Below, one piece after another: positions 22,597 through 34,602 of a DNA stretch of 64,000 nucleotides. The first letter of the stretch is position 1; the number at the start of each line of letters is the position of its first letter. The translations under genes and the position numbers were made by a program. This DNA comes from Chara braunii. Its lineage: Eukaryota > Plantae > Charophyceae. The notes under the pieces were generated by a model, which saw nothing but the letters and a program-made list of their open reading frames with translations, was not told where the DNA came from and made no database searches. The stretch covers positions 2,867,584 through 2,931,583 of the forward strand of contig BFEA01000013.1 of the NCBI GenBank assembly GCA_003427395.1, written 5' to 3'.

Positions 22597-25284
22597 CGGG
22601 GACCTGAACCGCGAAACCCCTCAACACTTTCTTTTGCCGATACCTGGTAGGGTGTTTGGCAGACAAGTGGATAGTCTGCCTGGTCGAGAAATGTGTCAGT
22701 GAACGCAGAGAGCCTGTGAACGTCAGAAGCGTTAGAGACCGTCAGAGTGTGTTAGGGATTCTGAGTGATTGTCAGTGATCGTCAGGACTGGTTTGCCAGG
22801 ATGGATGTTGTGGGTAAATGAACGTGGTCAGCTGGTCAGTTCGGTGCAATGAGAAGGAAAAGTGTAGAAATGGTCAAATTTGAAATGTCAAAATCAAATG
22901 ATGTGAATGATTGTCTGGCACTTACTCTGTGACAGCTTCTGACAATGCTGGTTGCTTCTTTTTTATCGGCAGGGATGCCCGCAAGTCACTCCCTGAGCCG
23001 TCTGAGTCTCTCGATGTTGGGTCTTCCGATTGTGTTCTTATCCTGTCCGGCATTGTGTTTGTTATTTTCTGGGGCTTGATGCGCATGTTTGGTTATTGGT
23101 TTGGATGTGATCATTGATGGTGGGCTTATTGCGGGGACGGGATGGGTGGAAGAGCAGGTGAGGGATTGTATGTTGCTGTAGATGAGTTGGTACTACCTGT
23201 AATTGTTGAAATGGAGATTGCGCGATGTAGAATGGAAGCAGAGTGGGGCTGGTTGTCTGGGTGTAGATAATTGTGGGCCGATGTTGTTAATAACGAAACA
23301 AAAGAAAAACCCACTGCGGTGATGCCCCATGTGAGGATATCGGTTTACATTTGTGTTACCGTTGGGTGCCTAGCATCCGATCTGGAAATCGGACGGTGAG
23401 GCCATTGAAAAATACTGAAACGAGAATGAAACGTGAAACATGGGTGAGCGGTTGAACGGCTGGGTTTAAGGTGAGTTGTTAGATTATGCTCGAGGCACGG
23501 CTGTAGTTCTTAGGGGGGGGAGGGGCGAGGGGGGGGCTTAAATTGACTAGTGGGATTTCTGATTTTTTATTGTTGATTATGAAGATCAACGGCTGAAAAT
23601 GAAATTGGAGCAAATGGGACTTGGCCGCCAGATTTGTAAGTGTGAATTTAGTCGGAGTGGTGATGTGCGGGATTAATGTAAAGTGATCGTGGTTAGATAA
23701 AAGAAATGAAAAGACTTGAATAGAAACGTTTGTTGGGAGGGACTGGAAGACGCACTGGACACAAATTTATAGCTTACCGAACCAGCGACCGGCCAGCCTA
23801 CTCTGGATGATATAGTCCACTTGGCGGTTCCAACAATGCAATGGCTGTAAGTCCGGACACAAGGACACAACATTTCATATTTGCCGGGAGCAGGAGGAGA
23901 TGATCCTGCACTTGTTTGTGGAATGTCCATGCATCGGAAATTTTTGGAGATGCTGGAAGGTCTGGCTGCCAAGGAGGGGCTGCCTTTCTGCCCCTTTCAT
24001 AGCCAGGTCCCCAAACATGGGGCCATCCTATTGGGCCCATCAAGGAGAACCAACCCACCCAAGTGTTTTTCAAAAATTTCCTCCCACACCCAACCCGACC
24101 GTCACCCGTAAAAAACCTTAACCCCTACCCACCCACACCCCCGAGAACAAGATTACCTGCCCACACCCGGTACCCATCCGCACCCGCCCGTTCACACACC
24201 ATTATTGAGGAGAGATCTCTACTAAAGGGAGGGGCATCACATTTGCAGCCCCATGGAAAAAGTAGCTCTCGGACAGGAAGATTAATGACCATAGCCCAGG
24301 TACATGGTACTACAGTGCTGTTTCCACGGGACGCTGGACCAGGTTTCCAGCAGGTGTTGCTCCCCACCAATAGATGGACAGCCCACCAGCCATGGCCTCA
24401 ATCCTGGCGGTTCTCTTACCACGGCCAGGATAGTGGACTTGCGAAAGGGCTCTTCCAAAAAAAAAAAAAAAATGATTTACACACACCATAGTAGCAACAT
24501 GACATCCTTGGGTGACGGTGCGAAAATTTGAAGCATCTCCACCTCGCACCGTCACTGGATGAAGTGCTGCACAAGTTTGAAATTGGGGAGCGAACCTTGC
24601 CACCTCCTGCGGTTAGGTTTGATCCCCATTGTTTTAATGCAAACGAACATCCTGTTGTTGGGCCATGGTCCAGCTGCTACCGGTAGAGCGCAACACATTT
24701 TTTCAAGGAGGATCCCAATTTGGATTTGCCACTGGTGTGGCTCTCTTTTTTTTTTAGGAAAACTTTTCTCCCCAGGGGGGGCGAGGGTGGAGACTCGTCC
24801 GTTTGACGGCGCACATGCGGGTATTCGACGTTTTTTGGAAGTCACACCAGTGCAGTCTCGTCCGTTTGACGGCGCACATGCAGGAGAAAGCTAAAGTCCT
24901 CACCCGGATGAGTGGCGCACGCAGTGTGTCGACAGCGAGGCGAAACTCTGCGCGGCCTGGGGGTGCACGGCGTCACAGGCCAGCGGGACACAAGACCCCT
25001 CGTCTCCTTACATTTTTTGCGTGTCTTCATGTTTATTGCCTTTGACTTTGCGATCGGTTCCGAGCTGACATCGAGACCGACAGGCCTGGCGTAGTTGCTA
25101 CGACATCGGACAAAGGGCGCTGGCGACAATCCTGTATCCGCCCGCCTTGAACCCGGATTGAAGAGGCCAACGTGCGGGAAAGTGGTGGGGTCCATGTCTG
25201 TGGCTTCCCTTGCTACCCACTTGAAGAGTGCCGATAGCCTAAAGTGAAAGGGAATTGGAGAACCTTCCAAGCGCCTGTGCGGGC

Positions 25285-25620
25285 TGCAGCCAGAGAACGC
25301 CGGAGGTTGCCGCGGATGGACCATTTGCCAGTCACGATCTGCTGTGAGAGGTTTAAGTGTGAGCGCACCACATATAAGACGGTGCACTGCGTCGGTAGCT
25401 CGGCGGGGATATGCCCATTCAAGGGTGGTGACAGCCCCTTGGGCGGAGGTAAGTTGTACCTCGCATGTCCCTATCCTGTCGGAAGGGCTCGCGAGAGGCA
25501 TGGCGCACTCAGCTGAAGTGGTGACAAAAGCTCCATTGCACCTCGATTAAGGATAAATTCCTACCTGAAATCTTGTGTGACGCGGCCGGGAGGGTCCCCC
25601 AACGGGAAAGATGCGCTTTA
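25285..25620 (+). repeat. Conserved segment of an unclassified element; further copies at 49565-49915 (+) and ~53215-53345 (-)
   Basis: Shared core gtc.gt.gct......ggata.gcc......gtggtga.a.cccct......gtaagttgtacctc. Confidence 0.8.
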
Positions 25621-26306
25621 TTGGTGGCGCCATTGTCGGGGATCTCGGTTGCCTACCGGGGTCCTTAGAGATCGAACCCAAGTTATTGGCATGCCTTGCA
25701 TATGTGGATGTGGTTTAGGATGAGTGCGGTGGTATCAGCATTGTTGGGTGCGTCTATTTTTGAAGTAAGCTCTATTAATAATTGTCAGAGCTACAAGGCT
25801 AGTTGACTCATTGTGTGAGTGTTGTGCTAAGCCTGCTTTGGGGAGTAATTAAGTTAACTTGAGGCGTCCTCCCCTAGTCAATAGAGCCTCACCTCAGAGG
25901 AGGTTTCTGATATGCGAGTGTCATGGATGAGGGGATGACTGATGAGCGTGAAGTGGGGGGTTTAATTGTAAAAGTTTGTCCATGAGCTAAGATTGAGTTA
26001 GGGTAGATAGGTATTGTGATGAGTATTGTGCTTGGACTTTTTGGTGGTGTCAGTTGTCGATAAGTTGAGTTACTTAGGGGATCGTTTAGCTGTATGTACC
26101 AATAAAACTTAAGAAGTAGTGGTTATTTAGCTAGAGCTTTGACTAGTCCGAACAGAGGCCTATGTTTTGTGTATATGTAATATATATATGTGATGGGGTG
26201 TGAACCGACAGTCTGTAGAGTTTTCCATCTGGTGTGGGTGAGTGATAGTCTACTTTGATTTTGGTTAAGGTGGATTATCACTTAGTGTAATCAGTGAGGG
26301 GATTCT

Positions 26307-26366
26307 ACAGACTGTTGAGGGTTCAGCCTCCTGATGAGTCGGTGAAACTCCAACGAAACAGTTTGT
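26307..26366 (+). ncRNA. Type III hammerhead ribozyme
   Basis: acagacu-GUU^-gagg(guucag)ccuc-CUGAUGA-gucgg(ugaaacu)ccaac-GAAA-caguuugu. Complete core; stem I 4 bp, stem II 4 of 5 bp, stem III 9 bp plus a distal gagggg/ccccuc pairing. Confidence 0.88.
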
Positions 26367-26372
26367 CACAGC

Positions 26373-26507
26373 CCCTCGTTTGTTGTCCTCTTCTCCCTCT
26401 CTGCCTACGGTTTACCGGGCAGTTCTATTTGACGATACAGTCCCTCGTTTGTTGTCCTCTTCTCTCTCTCTGCCTACGGTTTACCGGGCAGTTCTGTTTG
26501 TGACGAT
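26373..26507 (+). repeat. 69-bp tandem duplication immediately 3' of the hammerhead
   Basis: ccctcgtttgttgtcctcttctc.ctctctgcctacggtttaccgggcagttct.ttt..gacgata starts at 26373 and 26442. Confidence 0.9.
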
Positions 26508-29129
26508 ATATATATATATATATTGTTTCTTATGGCGGATTTATTTTGGTTCTCGATACGTGTGCTCTTTGTTGTATTTTTTTTATGTTTGATTGATGGC
26601 GTATGTATGGATTGCCTTTCGAGAGGATATAGACTCTGCATGAAACCCACGCCTGGCATGGGACGAGGGGTGAAAAGGGTGACTCGTTTTTGTTGGAAGG
26701 TGGTTCTTTCTGAAGGAAGTTAGTCAGCGTGTATAATATGTCTTCAGTAGAAGTGCATTCTTGAATTTTTACTCCCTCGTCAAAGCTTAAGGAAGCAGTT
26801 ATCAGTCTAAAAAATGATAGTGAGACTCGCGCTGGAACTTTGTTTATGGTCTATTAGTGCGGTGTTATTATCTTTCCTTTGAATAGGAAAGTAACTACAT
26901 TGTCAGATAAGAGAGGAGGAAAGGGTTTGTTCCCTTACTTAAACATTGATGGTAAAGTAGGGCGACTACTGCTTAGCCAGAGTGGGTGTAGAGTGACGAC
27001 CTATGCTAAACTTTCGCTAGGTAGGGCCACCATACTTAGAGAGGTGTGAGACCGTCACTTGTTGTCTTAATAGGTATGAGTAGGGGTGTCGTGCTAACCT
27101 CGATGGGTTAAGTAAGGTGTAAGCGTTGGAAACAGAGAGGGTCGCAGTGAGGCTTGATCTTTAGAGCGGGGCTCAGAAGTCGAGATGGTATGTCATAAGG
27201 ATTACATCGTCCCTCTGTATTATATGTTTCGCTTAAGAGTTGAAGGGGTAGCAATTGTATGATGTTATTTACTAATTGTTAGTCCTATTTTCGTTTGCCT
27301 TATAGAAATTGCACTGTGTTTTGCACAAGCGGTTAACAAGGACCCCCACTTTTCAGCCCTGGTTAACCCTCTCAACCCTGAAAAGTGCATTGGAGATAAT
27401 TTTTTTTAAGTTTTTTTTTTTTTTTTTTTTTGCCCTGTTTTATTTTTGGTCAAGGTCTGTGTGTGCCAAGTTTTGTGTTTGTTGGGGTCTTGGAGCTGAC
27501 CGCTTTGGCTAGCCCTGAAAATCCTGAAAACTGAAACGAGTGAATTTGGCATGAAAACACACTTTTGCCTTGCTGTTTTATAGTTTTTTGAAGTTCTTTT
27601 TTTAATTTTGTTTTTGTAAGTAGTTTGTATGATATCCACTCTATGAATTGGTGACACGTTTGGTTAAAATGACCCTTGGGTTTTGTTATAAATGGCCTGA
27701 CAAGTGGTCTGAAAATTGAGGCCTCCGTTAATCGTCTCTTCTTTTCGGTTACAACCCTAGCAAACAATTTGGATTCATGTGAATTATTACTGTAAGTATA
27801 TGCTATCTATCGTGGGTTGAACTGCATTTTGGATTCATGGATGGAGTATCCACCCATGTGACATATGTATATTATATCTTTCGGATTCTTTCCTTGATTT
27901 TTTTTTGGGGGTGGGGTGGGAACTCCCGCAGAATAGTTAGGGGTGCTGGTAAGAGCAGACACCAGTAACATTCGTCAAGGGCTCCATCTATTGGTGGGGA
28001 GCGGCACTTGCTGGAAATCGAGTCCAGCGTCCCTATTATTACGGAAATTGTTTGTAGAGACATTTAGGAAGGTGACAGAAGGACGACAGAAAGATGAGAG
28101 AAGACCTAATTCTACAGCTTTGAAGCGATTGCCCACGGAGGTGGGCGCTCAGAATGGTAGTACTCGCGGGACTCGGACTGTTAATGTTCCTTCTGGTCAC
28201 ACGTTTGCCATTGCAGGCAACCTATCCCCCCATTTTCCCTACCACCTCCCTTTATAGAGTAGTTACATCTTTGCCACTGTTGGCAACCTGTCCCCATTTC
28301 CCCCCCGCCACCTCCCTTTGTTGAGCTGGAGTGCAGGTCCAGCCTCACCAGCTCGATCCCCAAGGCGTTAATGTCCTCTAGTCCCCTGGCTGCTGCTGTT
28401 TGTTGTGATTGCCTCCCAATATCTGTGGACATCCACATTTCCTATCCACACTTCGTATATCTTATTTTCCTTCTGTTGTTGTGCAATTCTTCGCCTGGTC
28501 TTCGCCTGCTCTGTCCGGCATGCTGTTGATCCCAGCGCTGCTGTTGTCCATTTAGGCGGCCACTTTGTGGATGGGAGGGGGATTGGGAGGGAAGGCAATT
28601 GGGGGAGCGGAGGGGGTGGGGGAGGCATTTCTGTCACGGTTGAAGATGACGTCAGTTCAGAAGGGCCGAAATTAGCACGAAATCAGATTGGAGATATGAG
28701 ACTTGAAAGTCTCTCAACGGTCTTCTTTGCCAAGTGTACTCTGTTGTTCTCCATGGTTTTCAGGCTATGTTAGTCCCATCCCCGAGTTCAGAGAAGATTT
28801 GATTGGGGTCCTGCCAGATTTGAAGATAAGATTTGCGAAGGGTTTGTCTGACCATCGGGTCCTCATGTAGGTAGTCCTGTTGCATTGCCTTCCAGGCGTC
28901 ATGGGTTCGGGTTCTAATCTCATCTTCTATCGCTTGTTGTGCTTGTTGGAGTCCAAACTGGTGGTCTTTCCTTTCGAAAGAACACCTAGCTCTCCAGGCC
29001 AGCATCAACACCTGCAGCCTCATGTAGGCAAAGAGATTGGTGGCAAAAGTCGTCCATCGCTTCGTCAGGTGCTGGTTTTTGTTGAGCAGGAGGAGACCCA
29101 GTACCTACGGGATGTGGAAACCAGCTAGG

Positions 29130-29360
29130 GCATGAGTTTTGTTATATTTGGGTATGTATATACCTACTTCTCTAAAAGCTCGCCCTTCGCGTCGAAAACT
29201 AGATTCAATGGCAACAATTCTATAAGTTGGTTATTAGGATAGGTCCCCCCCCCTAGAGAACCGTACGTGAGCTCTTTCAACTCATACGGCTCAAGTGATT
29301 TATCTTCATTTTCTCATTCTAGAAAAGAATATAAAATTCAAACGAAACAATCATATCAGA
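29130..29360 (-). pseudogene. rps16: NUPT: 3' end of the plastid rps16 group II intron (domains V-VI) plus start of exon 2
   Basis: Domain V GAGCCGTATGAGTTGAAAGAGCTCACGTACGGTTC at 29292-29258; domain VI ends ..cctatcctAAT. Exon from 29232 reads (Q)PTYRIVAIESSFRREGRAFREVG, in the phase-1 position typical of the rps16 intron. Confidence 0.85.
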
Positions 29361-29371
29361 CGAGTAATCTC

Positions 29372-29510
29372 TGACCTTATCACTTCACTATATGCGGGAA
29401 AGTCCTAACCTATTTATTGAATGAATTTCAATATACAATGGATAATCCGCAGGAAACCAACATATGTCTGTGTAGGATCCTCAGAGACTATACGTGAAGA
29501 GTCCGAACAA
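29372..29510 (+). other. Organellar (probably mitochondrial) group I intron core fragment
   Basis: P/Q/R-like elements atgcgggaaagtcct, ataatccgcaggaaacc and cctcagagactatacgtgaag. Confidence 0.7.
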
Positions 29511-29606
29511 AAAACAGAGTCAATTCACATTCTGTACTATGATATCAATCAACACTGATCATTTACAGTTACAATGGTTAGCAGGATTGATTCTGTGATG
29601 CAGACT

Positions 29607-29839
29607 AAAATTCCTACAACAGAAAGATAAGGGCCAAAACTACTCAGTGCATTCCATCCGGCATAAGCGTCTGGATAATCCGGAATGCGGCGTGGCATGC
29701 CCGCTAGACCTAAGAAATGCATAGGAAAGAAAGTCAAATTCACACCAAAGAAAGTAATCCAAAAATGAATTTGACCTAAGGTTTCTGGATATTGAAGTCC
29801 AGAGATTTTGCCTATCCAATAGTAGAATCCTGCAAATAG
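29607..29839 (-). pseudogene. cox1: Nuclear mitochondrial DNA (NUMT) fragment of cox1
   Basis: [68 protein letters not shown] is the characteristic Cox1 C-terminal region. Confidence 0.97.
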
Positions 29840-30019
29840 ATACATAATGAAATATATAATATAATACATAATAATAATACATAATATAATTACATAATAA
29901 AATATAGAATATAATATAATCATAATATAATACATAAGTATATATTGATTCTATGCATATTTGATTTTCTTGTAAGTTAATTAAATTTCACTAAATGAGT
30001 TTATGATCTATATAAATAT

Positions 30020-30345
30020 AGAAAAATAGAATTGTCTCGGTATTTCTTACCGTGAAAACCAAGCCAAGTTTGATTCTCAGGGAAGTACTTATGCTTGATT
30101 CTTTGTCGACCCCAGGTAGGGTGTCTACGAAAGACCCATGCACGAAGTTGTTGAAATATCCGGAAATCCATACGGTGAAAGATTGCAGAGCATTCCGAAA
30201 ACTTAAAGTAGTTTCCCCAACCTGAAATCAACGGAACCNAAGCACTGATGAGTCGGTGTACAGCGGAACCTTTGTGAGATTGTATTACAAAACGAGCTTG
30301 CGAAAGAAGTGTTTCCTGTGATTTCTTGGACGGAGCAACCACAAA
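30020..30345 (-). pseudogene. Organellar group II intron maturase fragment (thumb/domain X)
   Basis: PSKKS...LIS..PLISGWGNYF..SECSAIFHRMDFRIFQQLRAWVFRRHP......IKHKYF fits the maturase-specific domain. Confidence 0.85.
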
Positions 30346-33300
30346 CGAATACCATATAACCTAATTGGCTACAAGTAAAATAAGCAATAACCCTTTTTAA
30401 ATCATTTTGTAACTATCTTATATATTTCTTTTATCTTTATGGATATAGAATTTTGTTTTTCATTCCTGTATTGCTTTCTATCTTTCACCTCCATATGTGG
30501 GCAACCATCGAGCATGTCAGCAGGCAATGTTCCAGTGTTGCTCTGGCCGGCTGAGTGGTCCTACCGCAGTAGGTGCAGATGGGAGATGGTATACTTTTTT
30601 GCTCGAGGTATGTTTTTGACATGAGCCAGTCCGGTGTGGGGAGGCAGCGATGCAAGATCTGCCATTGCAGTCATCTGAGGTTCGTGGGCATATAATTTTG
30701 GAGTATGTGGCCTAGGACAGGTTTTGCAAAAGGCTCGCGTCCGCAGGTGAGTCACACTCCCATCTCTGTGGTAGTCTGTGGTCGGTGGGCAATTCCCGGG
30801 GGGATGCTTTGTACCCCCTTCACTGTATAGTCCCACATATGCATGGGCTTTTGGTCAGGCCATTCCCACTCATCTGGGTTGAATGGCAGCCTGGCTACTG
30901 GCGATAAGGGTTCGTATGCACAGTAGCCATTGTCTTGATCTCCGACCACCCTTACTATCAACAGACTTCCCCACCCTACAGTATCCAAGTCTTCATTCCT
31001 CACGAGTTTAGAGAAGCGGGTCCCAGGCAGGGCAGGGCCTTAAGCTTCCAGTGCACATCTCCCACTAACATTCGTTTGCACTCTGTACAGAGTGGGCAGG
31101 ACAGGGAGGTCAGCATATCGAACGACCCAGTCATGCTGTTGTATCGTGGGGCCTGCAGTGAGGGCACCGAGCTAGGCCAGGGGCATTGCCTCTGTTAATT
31201 GGTAAAGTTTTTCATCCACTTTCTTCACATACTTCAGTCTGGCCTGCAGCTGTTGTGGGGTAGCCCAGTTGTTCACTTTCGGGTCCCACAGACCCCTGAC
31301 AATATATAAATCCCGTTTTTTGCCCAGATCAACCAATGTGAGACAGTGGTGAGCAGAAAGGGGTGGTTTGTGTGGTCCAGGATGTGGGGGTTACCGAGAA
31401 GTGGTTGTCTCCATATCGTATGCCATCTATTCAGTGGTTGTTTTTGTACGGGGCCCCTTTTCTCCAAAGTTTGATCATGAAGGGCCAAGGGGATCATTTG
31501 CGATATCTCAACAGACTGCTTGTGCATGTCGGCCTGGGCTCGGAATCGTCCAATGTCTATTGGTCAGCCATTGGAATGGGTGCACTCCATTTGCGCCCAG
31601 CGATTGCGGGGTCAGGTTAGCTATTTGTATGCAGGTCAGGGGTCCCCAGGGGATATCGTTCCCTATTAACAGTCTAACCAACACTTTGAAAATCAATGCT
31701 TCACTTTCCGTTTGTGGATCAAGTATCCCAAGTCCCCCTTTGACTCTTAGTTGGGTGAGAATGTCCCAGCTTACTCCGTTCATGCAACATTGGGAATTTG
31801 ATTTGTTTTTCCACAGGTAAGTCGTGAGCACTCTTTTGAGCTTGGCATACTGCTGTTTTGTCAGCGGCCATACTGCCAGCTTGTAGCAGATCGCTACGAG
31901 AACAACGTTGTTAATTGCCAAGGCCCAGCCCACCAATGAGGTTTGGAGACCTTCCCACTTTGCCAGACGATCTATTGTCATGTTCTCCAGCATGTCCCCA
32001 TGGTCAGGTGGGGGCCCAACGTCGTTAGCCTAACGCCCAGGATCTGGATAGCTTCGTGCTCTGTCTGCCATTTAACTGCCGATTGCGACGGTGGGGGCTG
32101 GTCACGAGGACACAACCACCAGCCTTTCGTTTTGGAGCCCTAGTTCACTTTTATATTTGCCGCAAGCGAGAACTGATGTATATCTCGCGTGAGGGTCTGG
32201 ATGTTGTCGGTGTCTTCCCGCATGAGAACGGTGAGATCATCTGCAAACAGTGACGTCATCGGGATGAGGTGCTCTGGTAGGTCGGGGATGGGCACCTTGC
32301 TAATTGAGGATGGGCCCTGATCAATCATGCGAGAGTCTCCATCACAATAACGAAGAGTAGCGGCGCAATAGGATTTTCCTGTCGCACTGATCTCTGAAGC
32401 GTGATGGGGGGCGAAAGGTGGCCATTAATCATGATGTTCGTGGTGGCCGATTTGTGGAGGAGGCAAATCCAACGGCAGAACGACGGTCCAAAATTAATCT
32501 TGGCTAGGCACATGTCTAAGAAGTCCCAGTCAACGTGGTCGTACGCCTTTTCGAAATCTATGAACAGAATCACCGCCGACACTTTTCGGTGTCTGGCGTA
32601 TTTGATGGTCTCGTTAACTAGGAGGATGTTATCTTCGATGTTGCGATTGGGCATAACCCAGTCTGGTCAGGATGAATCAACATGTTCATCAGGGGTAGCA
32701 AGCGGTTGGTCAGTGCCTTAGCCACCATTTTATAGGGGACCGGGAGTAGGGTGATGGGTATATAGTTCCTTATATCCTCTTTGTCCCCTTTTTTATAGAG
32801 GAGTGTGGTAACTCCTTGCCCGATCATCCCCCCAAAGGAGCCCTCTGTCTTAATTGCCGTACTGTAGTTTATGAGGTCGTCCTGAAGCAGCTCCCAGAAG
32901 TGCACCCAAAATTCTTTGGGGAAGGAGTCGACGCTTGGTGTGTTCTCATCATCCATACCTGTCAAGGCCTCCCATACTTCAGCAAAGGAGATTGGCGCTT
33001 CCAGCAGTTGTCTTTGATCCGGTGTGAGGTGTGGTTGGACTGCTTGTAACAAGTCCTCTCTTGCTCGTAGGACCTCGGCCGGGTCTTTTTCGGGAGTCTG
33101 GGAGGTGAACAAATACCGATAGTATTGGGATGCATAGTCCGCTATTGCGTATGCGTTAGAGGTCACCCGGGCATCGTCATGGAGGGCGTGTTTGAGTCTA
33201 GGGATTGTAGCAGGCCTGGTTCTGGCTTTGGCCTTGCGAAAGAAGACTTCGCCATTGTTCCGTCAATATGGTTTTTTTTTATTTTGTCCTGAATCCTCCA

Positions 33301-34429
33301 TGCCTGTGTTTGACTTTCTATGTAGGCCTGGAGGTGATCTCGCGCTTCTTGCAATTTATGGAATGAGGGTTGGTGTAATGGGTTGTCCATCTGTGTGTCA
33401 TCCCATTCTTCCAGCTCTTGCATGAGTCTGTCGAGAATGGCTTTACGATCCCTTGCATATTGGATGAAAAATTTATTGGCCCTTTCCCTTAGTCGGGCTA
33501 TGCCTTCATTGAACCAGGCCACCCTATCCCCCGATTCCGGTTTTTGGGTCTACCAGCAGAGCCATAATTCATTGACCAACTCTTTGAACTTGGGTAGGGA
33601 TAGCAATGAGGTGTTAAATTTGTAGAACCCTCGTCCCCTGTTGATGTGGGTGTGGAAAGATAGCCCCAATGTGATCATTATGTGGTCAAAGGACTTGCAA
33701 GGGCTGATAGCAGTTATTTCAGCAGTAGAGACCAGGCCAAGCAAGTCTTTGGAGACGAGTGTAAGGTCGATGCTTGAGTTCGCTAGACCACGATCACCTC
33801 TGGAGGACAGGCAGGTGTAGGCCCTTTGGGTCGGGTGCAGCATTTTGTATGCATCTTCTAAGCCCCTATCGTCCATCAGTTGCCTAAGCATGAGGACGTC
33901 CGGGCCCAAGTGCGGCAGCGATGAAGCTTGTGGGTCTTGTCGTTGCGATGTTGACCTTTGATCTATCCAGGGTTGTGTTGAAGTCCACCGCCATTATGAT
34001 CGGGGTGTCATCCAAGAGGTGCTGGAGTAGGGTAAGCCAAAGGTCCACCCTTTGCACGGGGTCATTGGGGGCGTAGATGTTGACGAGATAAAACTCGTCT
34101 TCCTCATATGCCAGCTTCAAACATGCCCTCCTGCCCTGCGTGTGGTCGTGTCGTGCTGATACTGGTCTGAGCCTCGAGGAAGAGGGATCCAGATTGCCAC
34201 ACCTGTTGATGCCCTTTCCGTTGCAGGTGCCTGATACGAAGTGTAGGGCCAAATAACTCTTCCTTTTTCCACATGCGGTGGGGTGTCTGGGAGGTGCGTT
34301 TCGTGGACACACACCGCGTCCGACCAATTGTTGGTATCGGGACATTTAAGCATTGTCCATATGGCGTGTTTTTTTTTCCAGCGTCGCCTGTATGAGTCCA
34401 TTAACATTGAGTGACCGTATATCTATGTC

Positions 34430-34482
34430 TGCACGGGTCAGTTTGATTGCCCATTGTGGCGGGTTCCTGGTTTTGGGGAACA

Positions 34483-34531
<49 letters not shown>

Positions 34532-34532
34532 N

Positions 34533-34602
<70 letters not shown>

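Larger units (their letters stand above)
28760..34415 (-). pseudogene. L1 ORF2 (APE endonuclease, RT, zf-RVT), frameshifted and interrupted by organellar DNA at ~29130-30480
   Basis: Collinear ORF pieces 34117-34407, 33884-34345, 33550-33909, 33163-33522, 32618-33166, 32325-32654, 32140-32328, 31508-31993, 30752-31003 and 28760-29023. Confidence 0.88.

Noticed and set aside
21720-23600. Possible additional decayed retroelement
   Set aside because: No diagnostic motif could be read, so it is left unannotated apart from the ndhF insert.
30240-30275. CTGATGAGTCGG motif
   Set aside because: Antisense of maturase coding sequence, with no GAAA or stems.
29549-30342. Functional cox1 or maturase genes
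   Set aside because: Short internal fragments fused to AT-rich filler; these are organellar insertions.
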